Source: Mesotaenium endlicherianum (taxonomy: Eukaryota). Taken from it: a DNA stretch of 64,000 nucleotides. The notes under the pieces are model-generated. The model did no database searches. It saw nothing but the letters and a program-made list of their open reading frames with translations, and was not told the DNA's origin. Positions within the stretch are counted from its first letter, which is position 1. Every line of letters begins with the position of its first letter. Both the position numbers and the translations under genes were made by a program. The DNA is taken from contig WELA01002297.1 of the NCBI GenBank assembly GCA_009602735.1, positions 335,097-399,096 on the forward strand, read 5' to 3'. Below are positions 62,101 to 64,000 of this stretch, piece by piece.

Positions 62101-64000
62101 GGGGTGGAAATTCTGATACAAACACCAGTCCGCGAGCAACCGATATTGGACATCATTGGGAGGCAAGCTTGAGTAGCTGGAAAGCTAACCAATGCTGCCT
62201 ATCATCTTCACCATAACAAGAATGGTCAAATAAAACTCCATATTGGGGTCCTTCAAATGACAAGAATCATCGTGGGCGTCAGTGCAACCTTGGCGAATGG
62301 GCCGAGGCAAGCAGTCAGAAGTCTGCAAACTTTGGAGGGTCTGGGAAGACTATATGCTTAAAACTAACTATCAAAAGGCACAACGAGGTGGAAGAAAAAG
62401 GGCGTCAAGAAACCGACGCAAAGCTGACCAATGAAGAACGCCAGATGGCGACAGTCTGCTTAATTGCTGGAAAAACTACCGTGCAAATTATGGATCAGCT
62501 GCTAGAGGCAGATGCTGATGGACGCAAAGAAGGGAAGGTGATGCAAAAGGTGCACTTCCTACAGTATGCAATTATCAACATGGCTAACCTTAACACAGAA
62601 GATGACGAGGAACCGTCACCATCGGGAGTAGAGGAGCCAGTTGGAGCTGAGGCAGAAACGCCTGCGGCGCCAAAATTCAACTTGCTTGAGCTCGCACATG
62701 GAGGGGACTTGGGGAGTTTTTCAAATGACTATGGATAAAGTGCTACAGGGGCTAGACTTTGCAAAACCATACAATGATGATGGGAGTGATGTTGAGTGAG
62801 TCAATTGAGCTCCACCTCAAGCACTTGAAAGAAGTGTTTCAACGCCTGGAGAAATATCAGATGACGCTGCACCCAGGAAAGTGCAGGTTCTTTGAAGCAC
62901 ACGTGCCTCACTTAGGACACTAGATTGGGAACAATGTTATGTCTCCTCAGGCTGTAAAGATTGAGGTCATCTACAAGATACCTGCACCTGCAAATGTGTC
63001 TAAGCTAGGAGCTCTTCTAGGGCTAAGCAGATGTTATCGCAAAGTTGTGAAGAATTATAGTAGAACTACTAAACCCTTGACAAATTTTGTAAAAAAGGAT
63101 ATACTATTTGTGTGGATAGAAGCCCAAGAGAAGGCCATTAAAGAGCTCAACGAGAGGCTGATGACAACCCCAGTCTTGCGCACGCAAGAGGACTGTAAGC
63201 CGTTCAACCTGTACACAGTTTGGAATCGTTTGAGAATTGGCCCAGTACTCACTCAGGCCAAAAGCCCTGGAGAGGGTACGTAATTGCCTACGCTTCCCCC
63301 TCAAACAACAGGGTTGAGAGCAACTACTGATATGAATTGACTTACTAATAAGTGATTAACAATTAAAAAAAAAAATTTACATCAACAAGTAATCTTTATG
63401 GTATATTCTGATTAACTTCTTAATCATCAAAAGACCACACGACTAGCGTGAGCAATATTTATAAGTCACATGCAAGTAGACGAGCATCGATAATGTAATC
63501 ACTAAACTCATGCATAAGCAAGGTTAGAAAATAATGTGTATCGATGGCTTCTCGCCTTGGATTCAGATATCTCTTAGTAAGCTGTACAAGAGAGTTAGCC
63601 TCGTTTCCGAATGCCGAACTCGAGAGCAAAACCTCGCCTATGTACATGGAATGAGAATACTGTTCAACGGCAAGTGCAATGGCACCGCCTACTTGGGAGT
63701 TAACCACGTCGGTAGAACCTCGACTAACCAAATCATCCCGAATTACCATCCACCCAAGGGTGTCGTCTGGCCCTTCATCTATTATATCACACTTAGATGC
63801 ATTTCTAGACAATTCACTGACACCAAGTACGGCAGTCAGCTGACTGTTAAAGAATGTGTCAGCAAGTTGACCTATGTTGACTTCAACTTGCTGCTCCTGG
63901 CTGGGTCACTAGAGCAAATATTATTACAAGTCCAGCAGACTTAGTATTAACTAAAGTACATGGTGCAATGTGAGGTGGCAACACTATTTCGCCATTCATG
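56104..64000. repeat. Near-identical re-assembly of the inner Gypsy 5' half and its flank (matches 46000-49442 and 49538-53983)
   Basis: Identical ORFs at offsets 10104 and 10017; begins after n at 56103. Includes the same element/host junction. Confidence 0.9.
59013..60248 (-). CDS. gag: Gag of the inner Gypsy (uninterrupted copy; the copy at 48909-50231 is split by n joins)
   Basis: 411-aa ORF with two CCHC knuckles, CWSCGKTGHSRQAC and CTYCGKAGHLQIVC. Confidence 0.9.
   Translation of the reverse strand: MPTRSGLSYQPYYKGVSGEDSNSDLSTVTEPPEPALVPLVIVPQPTSQWAHHNSWYPMAGDQEVKADSSSLFRFSGRPGTCDLDDTISEFDAKFVTARLKTPALTKRDVFYTLMRYLLYEARDTFREKGDKIYARTELVGEPPVETLLADPIKAFWDVLRKEFQAATKEKVYELHHFYRRKNETIRMMYRRLTHLHRDVGTVTDREAAEIFLRAVEPQVRERAMAPLIYHIGSEYSLEDAYLSVEKQSLAAARSNISDRVDLASTGVRQESSMLPSSTMGPALARQPQQQQQTQRSQLPQPTQQRGATHGRISMAATTSDPCWSCGKTGHSRQACTVAQNGKPGNCTYCGKAGHLQIVCLQKKRDVENGRARDGPAPAIGQRGMRNPRTGGCPSMTAATATMDDALTLGAD

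Overview
Repeat-dense eukaryotic DNA. The plant-type host gene and the DNMT/PHD-bearing Gypsy elements suggest a green-lineage, probably streptophyte-algal genome (inference). One host gene is supported: a 3-exon minus-strand gene (7646-12056) encoding a plant-type type-II membrane protein with an extra degenerate FkbM/Methyltransf_22-like C-terminal domain. The rest is nested, mostly decayed transposons: chromovirus-like Gypsy RT/RNase H remnants, a PHD-integrase fragment, a two-LTR Copia element, a solo LTR, a foldback element and several hAT elements sharing the TIR CAGGGTTACGCCGTACGC. Two results stand out. (1) Two different Gypsy families each carry a C5 DNA-cytosine-methyltransferase domain between protease and RT. 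One also ends in a PHD finger, and it is inserted (4-bp GAGA TSD) inside the methyltransferase of the other. (2) That inner element has a DDE integrase and TG...CA ends but no canonical LTR pair or PBS. Its repeats are arranged B-ORFs-A-(GC)-B-A, like the split direct repeats of PAT/TOC1/Ngaro elements, with a near-palindromic CA-GC-TG internal junction. From about 40.7 kb onward, multi-kb near-identical duplications joined at single n bases are most likely assembly artefacts.
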